Part shown: positions 63,088 through 64,000 of the stretch, in pieces
Layout of the letters: every line of letters begins with the position of its first letter
Numbering within the stretch: the stretch's first letter is position 1
NCBI GenBank assembly: GCA_965197585.1
Contig: OZ240215.1
Location: 3,072,001 to 3,136,000 of the forward strand
DNA length: 64,000 nt
Direction of reading: 5' to 3'
From: Dehalococcoidia bacterium
GTDB lineage: Bacteria; Chloroflexota; Dehalococcoidia; Plut-88900
Position numbers and translations under genes: made by a program
Notes under the pieces: generated by a model
Told to the model about the DNA's origin: nothing
Database searches by the model: none
What the model saw: only the letters and a program-made list of their open reading frames with translations

Positions 63088-64000
63088 ATGGGCAACTTTG
63101 AAAAGATGCAGGCCCGACTTGCGGCCGGTGAAACAGTGTTGATAGACGGCGGGATGGGATCGGAGTTCGAAAGACGAGGAATATCTAGCCCTAAAGTATG
63201 GTCGGGCGGTCCGATGATCACTCACCCTGAGGTGGTCAGGGAAGTCCACGAGGAATACATAAAAGCGGGCGCCGAAGTTATTATCACAAACTCCTTCTCC
63301 ACGGGCCGAGACATGCTGGCTGCCGGCGGGCTCGAGCACAAGGTTGCCGAGGCCAACAAGTCGGCAATCGACATGGCCGTGCAGGCCAGGAAGAACGCCG
63401 GTGCGGAGGACTCAGTTGTCGTTGCAGCCTCTGTATCTACCATGTCCCCTAAGCTGGAAGCCAGCATTCCGGTGTCCTACGAAAAAGCGTTGGAAACCTA
63501 CCGTGAACAGCTTGGCGAGCTGGCCAAGGGCGGCCCTGACGTCGCGGTCGGGGAGATGCTGATTCGGATATCGGATGCCCTGGCTGTGATCGATGTGGCT
63601 AAGGAGTTGGGGCTTCCAGTCTGGATCGGATACTCCGTGGTCCCGGTTGAAGGCGAACTGTATCTTGGAATTGAGGGCAAAAGCGGCGGAGTGTCCCTTC
63701 AGGAAGCCATGGACGCCATCAAGGACAAAGACATCGACGCTGTGTTTGTGATGCACACCGCCGTGGGCGAAACCGGGCCCGGGTTGGAGATAGTCAAGAA
63801 GAATTGGGCGGGAACGTTCGGCGCATACGCTCATTTTCCCGGCCACGGCAGCCCAAGAAGCAGGGACCACGCCCTGAACCCTGCGCAGTACCTCGAATAC
63901 GCCAGGGAGTGGCGCGGGCAAGGAGCGCGGATCATAGGTGGGTGTTGCGGTACCACCCCGGACCACATCCAGGTGCTCAAGGAATGGCTGTCCGGGTCGT
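63088..64000 (+). CDS. Homocysteine S-methyltransferase family protein (runs off window end)
   Basis: AAGGAG RBS; LIDGGMGSE, HEEYIKAGA..ITNSF, IGGCCGTTPDHI; absent from ORF track because there is no stop in the window. Confidence 0.88.
   Translation, partial: MGNFEKMQARLAAGETVLIDGGMGSEFERRGISSPKVWSGGPMITHPEVVREVHEEYIKAGAEVIITNSFSTGRDMLAAGGLEHKVAEANKSAIDMAVQARKNAGAEDSVVVAASVSTMSPKLEASIPVSYEKALETYREQLGELAKGGPDVAVGEMLIRISDALAVIDVAKELGLPVWIGYSVVPVEGELYLGIEGKSGGVSLQEAMDAIKDKDIDAVFVMHTAVGETGPGLEIVKKNWAGTFGAYAHFPGHGSPRSRDHALNPAQYLEYAREWRGQGARIIGGCCGTTPDHIQVLKEWLSGS

Overview
GC-rich bacterial chromosomal window. Gene content (three LLM flavin monooxygenases, five amidohydrolases, family III CoA-transferase, Ltp2-like thiolases with an OB-fold partner, a stand-alone 23S gene) suggests Chloroflexota/Dehalococcoidia of the SAR202 type; this is inference. 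Housekeeping genes include pheT, rpiB, trxB, a biotin carboxylase pair, comEA/comEC, moaA, tatD, thiE, thyX, glycerate kinase and glcD. The 23S rRNA gene has its own promoter, is followed by tRNA-fMet, has no adjacent 16S or 5S, and carries helix expansions. The strongest hidden signal is a two-gene operon at 54887-56134 that the ORF track fragments: an ArsC/Spx-family thioredoxin-fold protein (UxxC) and a tandem-domain rhodanese, each with an in-frame TGA at the catalytic Cys position followed by a SECIS-like hairpin, so probably a double-selenoprotein operon. Other signals: an array of helically phased GATT repeats upstream of trxB, three antitoxin minigenes lacking DNA-binding domains, a degenerate copy of the tRNA 3' end plus terminator bracketing one gene, five leaderless genes, a frameshifted lipoprotein-protease and stand-alone nuclease fusions. 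All product calls come from motif recognition by eye, not database searches.
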